A DNA stretch of 64,000 nt from an uncultured Clostridia bacterium (GTDB lineage: Bacteria; Bacillota; Clostridia; Christensenellales; CAG-138), in NCBI GenBank assembly GCA_947306125.1, contig CAMZFO010000002.1:12366-76365 (forward strand), written 5' to 3'. The notes beneath the pieces were generated by a model, which searched no databases, was not told the origin of the DNA, and saw only the letters and a program-made list of their open reading frames with translations. Numbering within the stretch: position 1 is the stretch's first letter; each line of letters opens with the position of its first letter. Of the stretch, positions 10,951 to 20,074 are shown piece by piece. Position numbers and translations under genes: made by a program.

Positions 10951-11424
10951 TCATTCCTCTTCGGCTTCTTCGGGATTGGGTATAACGAGCCTTTTATAAA
11001 CCTTGCCGTCAAGATGATCGCACTCATGGAGCATCGCCCTTGCAAGCAGGCCCTCTCCGCGAAGCTCGAATTCATTGCCGTGCCTGTCGAAGGCGCGCAT
11101 AACGGCGACGTTCGGCCTGATAACGTATCCCTGCTCGTCCGGGAAAGAAAGACAGCCCTCCATACCGCCCTGCTCGCCCTCAGTATAGATTATCTCGGGA
11201 TTTACGGCTTCTATTAGCTCGTCCCTGTCTTCACTGCAGTCTATAACGACGGCGCGGCGAAGCACGCCCACCTGCGGAGCGGCAAGCCCGCAACCGTCGG
11301 CTGAATACATGGTCTCAGCCATATCGTCAAGGAGCTGACCGAGTTTTTCATCAAAAGCTTTAACGGGCTTTGATATCTTATAGAGGCATTCCGCCTCGCC
11401 TGTTTTTATTATCCTTTTAGCCAT
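10951..11424 (-). CDS. def: peptide deformylase
   Basis: 157 aa carrying the three Def motifs: GLAAPQVG, EGCLSFP and HECDHLDG. Confidence 0.93.
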   Translation of the reverse strand: MAKRIIKTGEAECLYKISKPVKAFDEKLGQLLDDMAETMYSADGCGLAAPQVGVLRRAVVIDCSEDRDELIEAVNPEIIYTEGEQGGMEGCLSFPDEQGYVIRPNVAVMRAFDRHGNEFELRGEGLLARAMLHECDHLDGKVYKRLVIPNPEEAEEE

Positions 11425-11618
11425 TATCCACCTCCTGCTCCAAAGAGCATAGTTTCACATATTAATTCATGGTATTATAACACAATTTTCGTCCGTGATA
11501 AAATATATAAGTGCTCAAATCGGTTATTTATATCGCATAACGCCCGTTTTGCGGCGTGCATTTTCTAAAATCAGCCCTCTCGGAGTTTCCCTGTCAGGAA
11601 TTGTCTGCTTTTTTGTTG

Positions 11619-11647
11619 TTGATAATTCGACAATAATCCTGTATAAT
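11619..11647 (+). promoter_or_regulatory. sigma-A type promoter for lon
   Basis: TTGATA (11619-11624), 17 nt, TATAAT (11642-11647), about 40 nt upstream of the lon ATG. Confidence 0.65.
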
Positions 11648-11688
11648 CCCCGTTGAGAAACGTTTGCGAAAGGAGATACAAGAACAGT

Positions 11689-14088
11689 ATGAACGAATAC
11701 TTCGGAACAGGACTCCCCGTCGTAGTGCTCAAGAGCATCGTCGCGATGCCCTACGTCATATTGAGCTTTGACGTCGGCAGGCCCGAGAACGGCGCCGCCG
11801 TCGACGCGGCTATCCATTCCGACAATCAAATAATAGTCGTTTGTCAAAAGGATCAGAACGCCGGGACCGTAAACGTGACCGGTCTCTTCGATCACGGCTG
11901 TATCTGCCGTATAACCAAAATGATAAAGCTCCCCCAGGGTACTACTAGGGTATTCGTCGAGGGAATGATGCGCGTAAAGCTCAACTCGTTCACTCAGGAA
12001 TCCCCCTGCCTTACCGCGTCCTTTACCGAGCTGCCCGATTCCCCCTGCCCCTCCTTTGAGGAAGCCTCCACTCTGCGCCAGATGATATCGCGTATGTTCA
12101 GGGATTTCACGTTCGGGAACGGCAAGCAGCCCATCAAGAACGTTATCGACGCCATAGAAGCTATACCGGACGATATACGCTATACTTACAGCGTCGCAAA
12201 CGTAGTTATGCAGCGCTATGACGACAGGCAGAGCTTTATAGAGCAGGAGGATCAATCCTCAAGATGCCTCAATCTCCTGACCGTAATGAGCCGTGAAGCG
12301 GAGTTCTCGAAGCTTATGAAGAAGATCGACGACGACGTTCGCAAGGCGGTGGAAAAGAATCAGCGGGATTATTTCCTGCGCGAGCAGATCAAGGCCATCC
12401 GCAAGGAGCTCGGCGAGGACGAAAGCTCAGAGGCGGACGAGTTCCGCGAAAGGCTCAAAAACAAGAAGCTCCCCGACGAGGTGCGCGAGCGTATTTCCCG
12501 GGAAATAGAGCGTTTTTCGACATTACCCGCCGGTTCTCACGAAATGCCCTCCATGCGCACCTTTATCGAGTGCGTGCTGGATCTGCCCTTCTCCGAGGAG
12601 AGCTCGGACAATCTTGACGTGGAGAACGCCAGAGCGATACTCGACCGCGATCACTACGGGCTTGAAAAGGTCAAGGAAAGAGTGCTGGAGCACCTTGCCG
12701 TAGCCCAGCTTACCGGTAAGGTCAACGGACAGATCATCTGCTTCGTCGGCCCTCCCGGCGTCGGCAAGACCTCCATCTCCTCCTCCATTGCCGAAGCGCT
12801 CGGGCGCAAATTCGTGCGAATGAGCCTCGGCGGCATCAAGGACGAAGCCGAGATCCGCGGGCACAGGCGCACCTATATCGGCGCCATGCCCGGAAGGATA
12901 ATAGCCGCCATGAAGACGGCCGGGACCGTCAATCCCGTACTGCTCTTCGACGAGATAGACAAGCTTTCGAAAGATTATCAGGGCGATCCGTCAGCCGCTA
13001 TGCTCGAGGTGCTCGACAGCGCGCAGAACTTCGCCTTCCGCGATCATTTCCTTGAGATGCCCTACGATCTTTCCAAGGTAATGTTCATAACCACCGCGAA
13101 CAGCCTTTACGACATACCCGGGCCTCTGCGCGACCGTATGGAAATCATTGAGGTGCCGAGCTATCTGTCAACGGAAAAGGTGCAGATAGCTTGCCGTCAC
13201 CTTATCCCCAAGCAGCTTGAAAAGCACGGTCTCAAAAGATCTATGCTCACGATACCCGAAGCCGTGGTAGCGGACATAGTTTCCGAATACACTCACGAAG
13301 CCGGCGTACGCTCGCTCGAGCGCTGCATCGCCTCCATCTGCCGCAAGGCGGCCTGCGATATCGCTTCCGGCAGGAAGCGTATAAAGCTTACAAAAGCAAA
13401 GCTGCATGAATATCTCGGCGTTCCCAAGTACACCGGTGAAACCATCGAAAAGGCTCCCGCCGTCGGTCTTGTAAACGGTCTTGCCTGGACCTCCGTAGGC
13501 GGTTCGACTATGGAGATCGAGGTCGCTTCGCTCCACGGCTCCGGTCAGATTCAGCTCACCGGTAAGCTCGGCGAGGTAATGCAGGAGAGCGCAAAAGCCG
13601 CTATCACCTATATAAGAGCTCATTCGGATGCGCTTGGTCTTAACGCCGATTTCTTCAAGAACACGGATATCCATATCCACGTTCCCGAGGGCGCGGTACC
13701 CAAGGACGGCCCCTCCGCCGGCATAGCTCTGCTTACTGCGGTCACGAGCGCTCTAACAGGTATTCCCGTCAAAGCCGCGCTTGCTATGACGGGCGAGATC
13801 ACCCTTCGCGGAAGGGTGCTTCCCATAGGCGGATTACGTGAGAAGCTTTTGGCGGCTGTCAGAGCGAAAATAACCGACGTCATACTTCCCGAAGACAACC
13901 GCAAGGACGTCGAGGAGGTCCCCGCGGACATCGTATCCAAGCTGAACATAAGATACGTTCGCTCCGCCGACGAGGTGCTGAGGTTCGCGCTTACAAGAAA
14001 TCCCGCGTCTGACCGGGCTGCAAAAAGCGCTTCGTCCGTAAGCATACCCGATATGAACTCTCCCGGGCGCGTGCACGCGGGAGCTTGA
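11689..14088 (+). CDS. lon: ATP-dependent Lon protease (LonA type)
   Basis: It has a LonA N-terminal domain, AAA+ Walker A (GPPGVGKTS), the Ser-Lys protease motif (PKDGPSAG) and TGEITLRG. I placed the start at the ATG 8 nt after AAAGGAG; the track ORF begins at an upstream TTG. Confidence 0.93.
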   Translation: MNEYFGTGLPVVVLKSIVAMPYVILSFDVGRPENGAAVDAAIHSDNQIIVVCQKDQNAGTVNVTGLFDHGCICRITKMIKLPQGTTRVFVEGMMRVKLNSFTQESPCLTASFTELPDSPCPSFEEASTLRQMISRMFRDFTFGNGKQPIKNVIDAIEAIPDDIRYTYSVANVVMQRYDDRQSFIEQEDQSSRCLNLLTVMSREAEFSKLMKKIDDDVRKAVEKNQRDYFLREQIKAIRKELGEDESSEADEFRERLKNKKLPDEVRERISREIERFSTLPAGSHEMPSMRTFIECVLDLPFSEESSDNLDVENARAILDRDHYGLEKVKERVLEHLAVAQLTGKVNGQIICFVGPPGVGKTSISSSIAEALGRKFVRMSLGGIKDEAEIRGHRRTYIGAMPGRIIAAMKTAGTVNPVLLFDEIDKLSKDYQGDPSAAMLEVLDSAQNFAFRDHFLEMPYDLSKVMFITTANSLYDIPGPLRDRMEIIEVPSYLSTEKVQIACRHLIPKQLEKHGLKRSMLTIPEAVVADIVSEYTHEAGVRSLERCIASICRKAACDIASGRKRIKLTKAKLHEYLGVPKYTGETIEKAPAVGLVNGLAWTSVGGSTMEIEVASLHGSGQIQLTGKLGEVMQESAKAAITYIRAHSDALGLNADFFKNTDIHIHVPEGAVPKDGPSAGIALLTAVTSALTGIPVKAALAMTGEITLRGRVLPIGGLREKLLAAVRAKITDVILPEDNRKDVEEVPADIVSKLNIRYVRSADEVLRFALTRNPASDRAAKSASSVSIPDMNSPGRVHAGA

Positions 14089-14105
14089 CAGCAATACTTG
14101 ACAAT

Positions 14106-14157
14106 AAACGCGGAAACGCTTTGGGCACATTCACTGATCGTTTCCGCGTTTTATTTT
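14106..14157 (+). terminator. rho-independent terminator after lon
   Basis: A 13-bp stem, aaacgcggaaacg/cgtttccgcgttt, followed by a T-run. Confidence 0.8.
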
Positions 14158-14193
14158 GCTCAAAATATATCCGAGCGGAATGCTCGGAATTAG

Positions 14194-14222
14194 TTGACAC
14201 AGGGATAACAAGGTGATAAAAT
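14194..14222 (+). promoter_or_regulatory. sigma-A type promoter for the rrf2-nifS-nifU operon
   Basis: TTGACA (14194-14199), 17 nt, TG-n-TAAAAT (14214-14222). Confidence 0.65.
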
Positions 14223-14268
14223 ACAAATACCAAGTAAACGGGTAGGATATAAAAAGGAGGTGATCGAT

Positions 14269-14703
14269 ATGATGCTCTCAACAAAGGGCAGATACGGCAT
14301 TAAAGCCATGGTCGATATTGCCGCCGAATACGGAAAAGGGCGTCTTTCGGTCAGTCAGCTCGCCGAAAAGCAGGGCGTGAGCGTCCCCTACCTCGAGCAG
14401 TTGATCGCCGCGCTTAAAAAGGCGGGCCTCGTCGATTCCGCAAGGGGCGTTTCCGGCGGGTACACGCTCTCGCGGCCTCCCGAGGAGATCTCGGTCGGCG
14501 AAGTCCTGCGGGCGCTTGAAAAGACCACCGCTATCGTCGATTGTGTGGACGTTGAAGGAGCCGCCTGCGCCAACGCCTGCTCCTGCTCCGCAAGGCCGCT
14601 TTGGCTCAAGCTTCAAAGGAAGATCGACTCCGTGCTCGATTCCACTACGATAAAGGATATGGCTGACGACTATGCCGTTCAGCTGGAAAGGATGAATAAA
14701 TGA
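14269..14703 (+). CDS. Rrf2-family transcriptional regulator (IscR/CymR-like)
   Basis: Starts MMLSTKGRYGIKAMVDIA and has a winged helix-turn-helix. The Cys cluster CANACSCSARPLW suggests Fe-S ligands. It sits directly upstream of nifS-nifU. An AGGAGG RBS lies 8 nt before the ATG at 14269. Confidence 0.85.
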   Translation: MMLSTKGRYGIKAMVDIAAEYGKGRLSVSQLAEKQGVSVPYLEQLIAALKKAGLVDSARGVSGGYTLSRPPEEISVGEVLRALEKTTAIVDCVDVEGAACANACSCSARPLWLKLQRKIDSVLDSTTIKDMADDYAVQLERMNK

Positions 14704-15860
14704 AACGTGTCTATCTTGACAACGCCGCAACTACAAAGCTTATACCGGAAGTTCTGAACGAGATGCTGCCCTATATGACCGACATATACGGCAACCCCTC
14801 CTCCCCCCATTACTTCGGTCAGCAGTCTGCCGCGGCGGTAGATAAGGCAAGGATGCAGGTAGCGACCGCTATCGGCGCCGAACCCGGCGAGATAATCTTT
14901 ATGAGCGGCGGCTCCGAAGCGGACAACACCGCCATTCGCGGTATCGCCGAGCGTTACTCCAAGAGGGGGCGGCATATAATCACCACCGCCGTCGAGCATC
15001 ACGCCGTGCTCCATACCTGCCAGCTTCTTGAAAAGCAGGGCTACGAGGTCACTTATCTGCCCGTCGACGAATACGGTATGGTGACGGTCGATCAGGTCAG
15101 GGAAGCCATGCGCGACGATACCGTGCTCGTGACCGTAATGTTTGCCAACAACGAGGTCGGCACCATTATGCCCATCGCCGAGATAGGCGCGCTCTGCCGC
15201 GAAAGGGGCGTCTTCTTCCATACGGACGCCGTTCAGGCGGTAGGTCATCTGCCCATTGACGTGAAGGCGATGAATATCGATATGCTCTCCATGTCCGCTC
15301 ACAAGTTCCACGGTCCCAAGGGCGTCGGCGCGCTCTACGTAAGGAAGGGCATAATCGTGCCCGCTCTCATTGTCGGCGGCGCGCAGGAGCGCAACCGCAG
15401 GGCCGGCACCGAGAACGTCCCCGGCATAGTCGGTATGGGCAAGGCTATAGAGCTCGCCTGCGGCGATCTTGAAGATAAGATGGCTAAAATGGCGGTGCTG
15501 CGAGATAAGCTCATACGTGAGATACCTCTCCGCATCCCCGAGGTCAAGCTCAACGGTCACCCGACCAAGAGGCTCCCCAACAACGTCAATTTTTCCATCA
15601 AGTACATCGAAGGCGAATCCATACTGCTCATGCTTGATCTTAACGGCATAGCCGCCTCGAGCGGCTCCGCCTGCACGAGCGGCTCTCTGGATCCCAGCCA
15701 CGTGCTGCTCGCAATGGGCCTGACTCACGAGATCGCCCACGGCTCCGTTCGCATGACTCTCTGTGACGAAACCACGGAAGAAGACATAGATTACGTACTC
15801 GAGGTGCTCCCAAAGGTCGCCGAAAGGCTTCGCAAGATGTCACCTTTGTATCACGGTTAA
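14700..15860 (+). CDS. nifS: cysteine desulfurase (NifS/IscS type)
   Basis: 386 aa with the PLP-lysine motif SAHKFHGPKG and the active-site loop SSGSACTS. Confidence 0.9.
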   Translation: MKRVYLDNAATTKLIPEVLNEMLPYMTDIYGNPSSPHYFGQQSAAAVDKARMQVATAIGAEPGEIIFMSGGSEADNTAIRGIAERYSKRGRHIITTAVEHHAVLHTCQLLEKQGYEVTYLPVDEYGMVTVDQVREAMRDDTVLVTVMFANNEVGTIMPIAEIGALCRERGVFFHTDAVQAVGHLPIDVKAMNIDMLSMSAHKFHGPKGVGALYVRKGIIVPALIVGGAQERNRRAGTENVPGIVGMGKAIELACGDLEDKMAKMAVLRDKLIREIPLRIPEVKLNGHPTKRLPNNVNFSIKYIEGESILLMLDLNGIAASSGSACTSGSLDPSHVLLAMGLTHEIAHGSVRMTLCDETTEEDIDYVLEVLPKVAERLRKMSPLYHG

Positions 15861-15873
15861 GGAGGAAACAAAT

Positions 15874-16263
15874 ATGTATACCGAAAAAGTATTGGATCAT
15901 TTTCAGCACCCCCGCAACATGGGCGAGATCGAAGGCTATAACGGCATGGGTATGGTCGGCAACGCCAAATGCGGCGATATCATGCAGATGTTCATAAGGG
16001 TCAACGACGAGGGCATTATCGAGGACGTCGGCTTCAAGACCTTCGGCTGCGGCGCCGCCGTCGCCACCAGCTCTATGGCGACCGAGATGATCAAGGGCAA
16101 GTCCGTCGACGAGGCTCTGAAGCTCTCGAACGAGGCTGTCGTTGAAGCGCTGGAGGGTCTGCCCCCCGTCAAGATCCACTGCTCCGTGCTCGCCGAGGAA
16201 GCCGTAAAGGCCGCCGTCGACGATTACCGCAGCAGGCAGGCGGAAAAGAAAGATAACGAATGA
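15874..16263 (+). CDS. nifU: Fe-S cluster assembly scaffold (NifU/IscU N-terminal type)
   Basis: 129 aa with the three conserved Cys contexts: GNAKCGD, FGCGAAVA and IHCS. Confidence 0.9.
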   Translation: MYTEKVLDHFQHPRNMGEIEGYNGMGMVGNAKCGDIMQMFIRVNDEGIIEDVGFKTFGCGAAVATSSMATEMIKGKSVDEALKLSNEAVVEALEGLPPVKIHCSVLAEEAVKAAVDDYRSRQAEKKDNE

Positions 16264-16270
16264 TCGATAT

Positions 16271-17158
16271 ATGCTCGATTTTAAGTCGTTAACACCTCAA
16301 GCAATGGCCGAGATCCGGCCATTGCTTGATTATCAAAAGACGCGAAGCTGCGATTTTACCGTCGGCGGTATATTCATGTGGCGCGAGTATTTCGGCCAGA
16401 AATACGCCATATCGGACGGTATGCTGACAGCAATCGTTAACTATTTTGACAAGGGGCTCTGCTATTCGTTCCCTGTAGGTACGGGCGACATAAATAAAGC
16501 CCTTGAAGTCATCCGGCGGGATTCCAATGAGCGCGGCATCCCCCTCCGCTTCTGCTGTGTTCCGGAGGAGCTCATAGGAGAGCTGACCGCTTATTACGGC
16601 GAACCCCTCGCCGTCACCGAATACCGCGATTGGGAGGATTACCTCTATCCGTACTCCAATTTTCTCGGTTATCACGGGAAGAAGCTTGTCACACAGCGCA
16701 ATCACTGCAACCGCTTCGTGAAGGATCATCCCGATTACGATTACCGCGCTTTGAACGGGGAGCTCATCCCGGACGCCAAGTCATTCCTTCTGGATAACGA
16801 AGCGCTTTTCAAAAAGGACCTCCCCATAGTTCACGAGGATTTCATCCGCACTCTCGAAGTGCTCGACTATTTTGACAGCTTCGGTTTCACGGGCGGGCTG
16901 CTGTCCGTTGGCGGCAAAACGATAGGTCTGACGCTCGGCGAATCCATAGGCGACACTCTCTTCGTTCACGTTGAAAAGGCTCTGACGGAATACAGCGGCG
17001 TATACCCCATGCTCGCTATGCTTTACGCAAAGCAGAACGCCGACGACCGCCTGCTCTATATCAATCGCGAGGATGATTCGGGCGACAGCGGATTGCGGTG
17101 GTCGAAGACCGAGTACCGCCCCTGCGGGCTCATTACCAAATTCGTAGTCGAATTCTGA
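16271..17158 (+). CDS. DUF2156-type protein (MprF C-terminal / GNAT-like fold), function unknown
   Basis: 295 aa. The N-terminal pattern FKSLTPQAMAEIRPLL...CDFTVGGIFMWREYF matches, from memory, standalone DUF2156 proteins. No HMM was run. Confidence 0.5.
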   Translation: MLDFKSLTPQAMAEIRPLLDYQKTRSCDFTVGGIFMWREYFGQKYAISDGMLTAIVNYFDKGLCYSFPVGTGDINKALEVIRRDSNERGIPLRFCCVPEELIGELTAYYGEPLAVTEYRDWEDYLYPYSNFLGYHGKKLVTQRNHCNRFVKDHPDYDYRALNGELIPDAKSFLLDNEALFKKDLPIVHEDFIRTLEVLDYFDSFGFTGGLLSVGGKTIGLTLGESIGDTLFVHVEKALTEYSGVYPMLAMLYAKQNADDRLLYINREDDSGDSGLRWSKTEYRPCGLITKFVVEF

Positions 17159-17171
17159 TAATTGCGCATAG

Positions 17172-17210
17172 AAAAACGAGGAGCAAAACTCCTCGTTTAA
17201 TTCTTTTTGA
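17172..17210. terminator. bidirectional rho-independent terminator
   Basis: A 10-bp stem, aaacgaggag/ctcctcgttt, flanked by an A-run and a T-run, between convergent genes. Confidence 0.75.
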
Positions 17211-17213
17211 TCG

Positions 17214-17990
17214 TTATTGGCCGGCGGCCTTATAGATATTCTCCGTATGCTCAACGTCCGGGAAGCTCCCGACGTGCGAGCTGCTTCCGTCGAAGAACAG
17301 ACAGACGTGCCCTTCCATGCCGCTATCGGCTATATTCCGGCTTCCATGAGGCCAGCACTGAATGGACGCGGCGACGTCCTGCCCGTTCAGTGAAACGAGC
17401 ACGGGGCGCTTAAGATAATTGAACTCCCTGCCGCAGATCTCCATGAACCCCGCCAAAGCCTGCTCCGAAGCCGGCTCCATCTCGGCATGATTCTCTCCGC
17501 CGGTATAGACCAAATCGAACGTGCTGCCCGTATAGCAATCGGTTATGGTATAGCTCCTGCCTATGGTCATGAGCGATTTGACGGAATCCCACGCAAGGAG
17601 GCTGCCCGTCTTAACGAGCGAGCTCGAACCGTGCTTCGGTCCGGAAGGGATCGAAATGCCGCTCAAGGTAACGCGGAGCGCATCCGGCTTGAACATAAGC
17701 TCAACGGTGTCCTGCGCCGCCCTGCCGTCCGCCTGGATAGTGAACCCGGTATCGCGGTAATTGGTCTGGAAAGCCTTGACCGCATTTACGGTCATGGATT
17801 TATAAGACCCCGTCGGCTTAAAGCACAGATAGCCCAGCTCCCTTAAGCGAAGCTGGATCCTTACGACCATGGGGCCGGTGGAATTCTTTTCGTATATCTG
17901 ACCGACAGAGGCGTTGACCTTCCCGGGAGACGACGCGAAGAATGCCGCGACAAACGATATCATTAATAACAGAGCAAATATCCTTTTCAT
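17214..17990 (-). CDS. secreted protein with a peptidoglycan-binding (PG_binding_1-like) domain
   Basis: I chose the start at MKRIFALLLMISFVAAFFASSPGKVNA (signal peptide). The longer track ORF would overlap pgsA. The protein contains VVRIQLRLRELGY...VNAVKAFQ, a PG-binding repeat. The C-terminal domain is not recognised. Confidence 0.6.
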   Translation of the reverse strand: MKRIFALLLMISFVAAFFASSPGKVNASVGQIYEKNSTGPMVVRIQLRLRELGYLCFKPTGSYKSMTVNAVKAFQTNYRDTGFTIQADGRAAQDTVELMFKPDALRVTLSGISIPSGPKHGSSSLVKTGSLLAWDSVKSLMTIGRSYTITDCYTGSTFDLVYTGGENHAEMEPASEQALAGFMEICGREFNYLKRPVLVSLNGQDVAASIQCWPHGSRNIADSGMEGHVCLFFDGSSSHVGSFPDVEHTENIYKAAGQ

Positions 17991-18137
17991 ATATACAGTA
18001 TAGCACGCAGGACGCGAATTGTCACCTGTTTTTGAAAAAAAGTGTTGATTTCTTATCCTGCGCTCATGATTTTTATCTTCGGATATGGAAATAATACGGG
18101 ATCTGATGTATAATAATATAGTTAAAGGAGGCATAAT

Positions 18138-18713
18138 ATGAGGCATATTCCCAACATTCTTTCATGTATCCGCATAGCGATGACCATCGCTTTCATAGTG
18201 CTGTTCATAAAGCAGCAGTATACGGCGTGTCTTATCCTGTTCATAGCTTCGTTCCTGACAGACGTTCTCGACGGCTATCTTGCGAGGAGGAATAACTGGA
18301 TCTCTGATTTCGGCAAGCTCGTCGATCCCTTTGCCGATAAATTCATGTTCATCTCGGTGCTGATCTGCCTTGTTTGCAAAGGCGTCTTCCCCGTCTATCT
18401 TTTGATAATACTCGTTGTCAAGGAGCTGCTTCTCATTGTCGGCGGCCTTATCATTCTTAAAAAGAAGCACGTTTCGGTCTATTCCGATATCTGGGGCAAG
18501 CTTGCGACGGGGCTCTTCTTCGTCGCCTTCACGCTTGCGCTCGCAAAGCTCGCTTTCGCCTCGTTCATTCCCGATTGGCTGCTCACAGTACTCTTCATCA
18601 CCGCGCTTACCATCAGCGTGCTCTCGCTTTTCCACTATGCTTATATGAGCGGCTTTATAGGCAAAAAATACCGCGACCATTCGGCTTATGAAACCGATAC
18701 GCCGCAGGAGTAA
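18138..18713 (+). CDS. pgsA: CDP-diacylglycerol--glycerol-3-phosphate 3-phosphatidyltransferase
   Basis: 191 aa polytopic membrane protein with the CDP-alcohol phosphotransferase motif DVLDGYLARRNNWISDFGKLVDPFADK. Confidence 0.85.
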   Translation: MRHIPNILSCIRIAMTIAFIVLFIKQQYTACLILFIASFLTDVLDGYLARRNNWISDFGKLVDPFADKFMFISVLICLVCKGVFPVYLLIILVVKELLLIVGGLIILKKKHVSVYSDIWGKLATGLFFVAFTLALAKLAFASFIPDWLLTVLFITALTISVLSLFHYAYMSGFIGKKYRDHSAYETDTPQE

Positions 18714-18765
18714 ACTTTTCATACACGGCAGAATAATATAGAGCAACAAATCTTTTTCGGAGGTA

Positions 18766-19779
18766 TTGATGAAAAGAATCGTTGCTCTTTTTTTGTCCCT
18801 TCTTATGCTCGCGGGCATACTCGCTTCCTTCGCGGCGTGCGGTAAAAAGGAAGAGGGCTTGAGGAAGATCGTCCTTAACGAGGTCACACGTTCGGTATTC
18901 TACGCTCCCCTTTACGCCGCTGTATCCGAGGGATACTTCAAAAACGAAGGACTTGAGCTCGAGATCGTAACCGGAGGCGGAAGCGACGCGAGCATGACCG
19001 CGCTTTTAGCAGGCGAAGCCGACTTTGCGCTGATGGGGCCTGAAACGGGAGTTTACGTTATCAACGAGGGCAAAACCGAGCATCCCATGATAATAGGTCA
19101 GCTCACAAAACGCGACGGCTCATTCCTTTTGGGACGCGAGAAAACCGATGATTTCTCATGGGACCAGCTTAAAGGCAAGTCAGTTATAGGGGGTAGAGTC
19201 GGAGGCATGCCGTATATGACCCTCATGTACGTGCTCAACAAAAACGGATTGACTCCCGGTGAGGATGTGGAAGTAATCAACAACATACAGTTCAATCTGA
19301 TGGGAGGCGCTTTCACGGGCGGCACAGGCGATTACGTCACGCTTTTTGAGCCGACAGCGACCCAATTCCAGAATAACGGCTCGGGCTTCATAGTCGCAAA
19401 TATCGGTCTTGAATCCGGCGAGGTGCCCTACACGGCCTTCATGACCTCCCCGAATACCATCAAAAACGATCCCGAGCTCGTGACCAAATTCGTCCGGGCA
19501 ATAGCCAAGGCGCAGAAATGGATCGTTTCCGCATCCGACAATGAGATCGCAAAAGCCATGCAGCCTTTCTTCCCTGACTCCGATATACCCACTCTTGAGA
19601 TAGTCGCAAAGAGCTACCGTGAAACGGATTCATGGATGAAGGATCCCGTTATGACCAAGGATTCCTTCGCACGTCTGCTTGAAATAATCGATTTCAACGG
19701 TCAGCTCAAGTCTCCCGTCGAATTCGGCGAGCTCGTCGACAACAGCTTTGCGGAAAAGGTTTTAAAAGAGCTCGGCTGA
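18766..19779 (+). CDS. ABC-transporter substrate-binding lipoprotein (NMT1/THI5-like; nitrate/sulfonate/HMP family)
   Basis: 337 aa with the lipobox LASFAACGK and an NMT1-like fold pattern (YAPLYAAVSEGYFKNEGLELEI). No permease or ATPase gene is adjacent. Confidence 0.7.
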   Translation: MMKRIVALFLSLLMLAGILASFAACGKKEEGLRKIVLNEVTRSVFYAPLYAAVSEGYFKNEGLELEIVTGGGSDASMTALLAGEADFALMGPETGVYVINEGKTEHPMIIGQLTKRDGSFLLGREKTDDFSWDQLKGKSVIGGRVGGMPYMTLMYVLNKNGLTPGEDVEVINNIQFNLMGGAFTGGTGDYVTLFEPTATQFQNNGSGFIVANIGLESGEVPYTAFMTSPNTIKNDPELVTKFVRAIAKAQKWIVSASDNEIAKAMQPFFPDSDIPTLEIVAKSYRETDSWMKDPVMTKDSFARLLEIIDFNGQLKSPVEFGELVDNSFAEKVLKELG

Positions 19780-19783
19780 TCAA

Positions 19784-20070
19784 AAAGGATCCGGGAAGGG
19801 TGCATTCACTTAAGGAGATGCAGGTTTTCGGCCGATAATACCAACAGAAAATACAACAGATCCGGGGATGGACGATCCTCGGATCTGTTTTCATTTTGAC
19901 GGCTGAAAACCGCGAAGCGTCTCAAAAGAGGAGATTTTTGTGCCCGGCAAGGAAAAAAGCGCAGGAAGACTTGGAAAGTCTTTCGAGCATTTTTGACGAA
20001 GCCCGGCGCAAAAAGATACCTTTTGAGGCTGTGTATCCTTAAGTGAATGCGCCCAAGCTCCGGATCCTTT
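19784..20070. repeat. 287-bp element bounded by terminal inverted repeats, with two long internal hairpins (MITE-like or structured RNA)
   Basis: 19784-19794 pairs with 20060-20070 (11 bp) and 19802-19816 pairs with 20036-20050 (15 bp), both perfect. Nested inside are a 12-bp stem (19823-19834 with 19900-19911) and an imperfect long hairpin (19919-20029). No coding potential was seen. Confidence 0.6.
19856..19897 (+). terminator. rho-independent terminator for the SBP gene (inside the repeat element)
   Basis: A 15-bp stem including one G-U pair (19856-19869 with 19875-19888), followed by TTTTCATTTT. Confidence 0.8.
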
Positions 20071-20074
20071 CGCA

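Noticed and set aside
11626-11632. Spo0A 0A-box-like heptamer (TTCGACA, the complement of TGTCGAA) inside the lon promoter spacer
   Set aside because: A single 7-mer is expected several times by chance in 64 kb on two strands, and there is no supporting second box.
11524-12255. 243-aa minus-strand ORF spanning the lon promoter and the lon 5' region
   Set aside because: It is antisense to lon, crosses the lon promoter and RBS, and has no recognisable motifs. It is a typical shadow ORF of a GC-biased gene.
14679-15740. 353-aa minus-strand ORF almost coextensive with nifS
   Set aside because: It is antisense to an unambiguous cysteine desulfurase. Its Gly/Ala/His/Asp-rich composition mirrors the sense codons, and it has no RBS.
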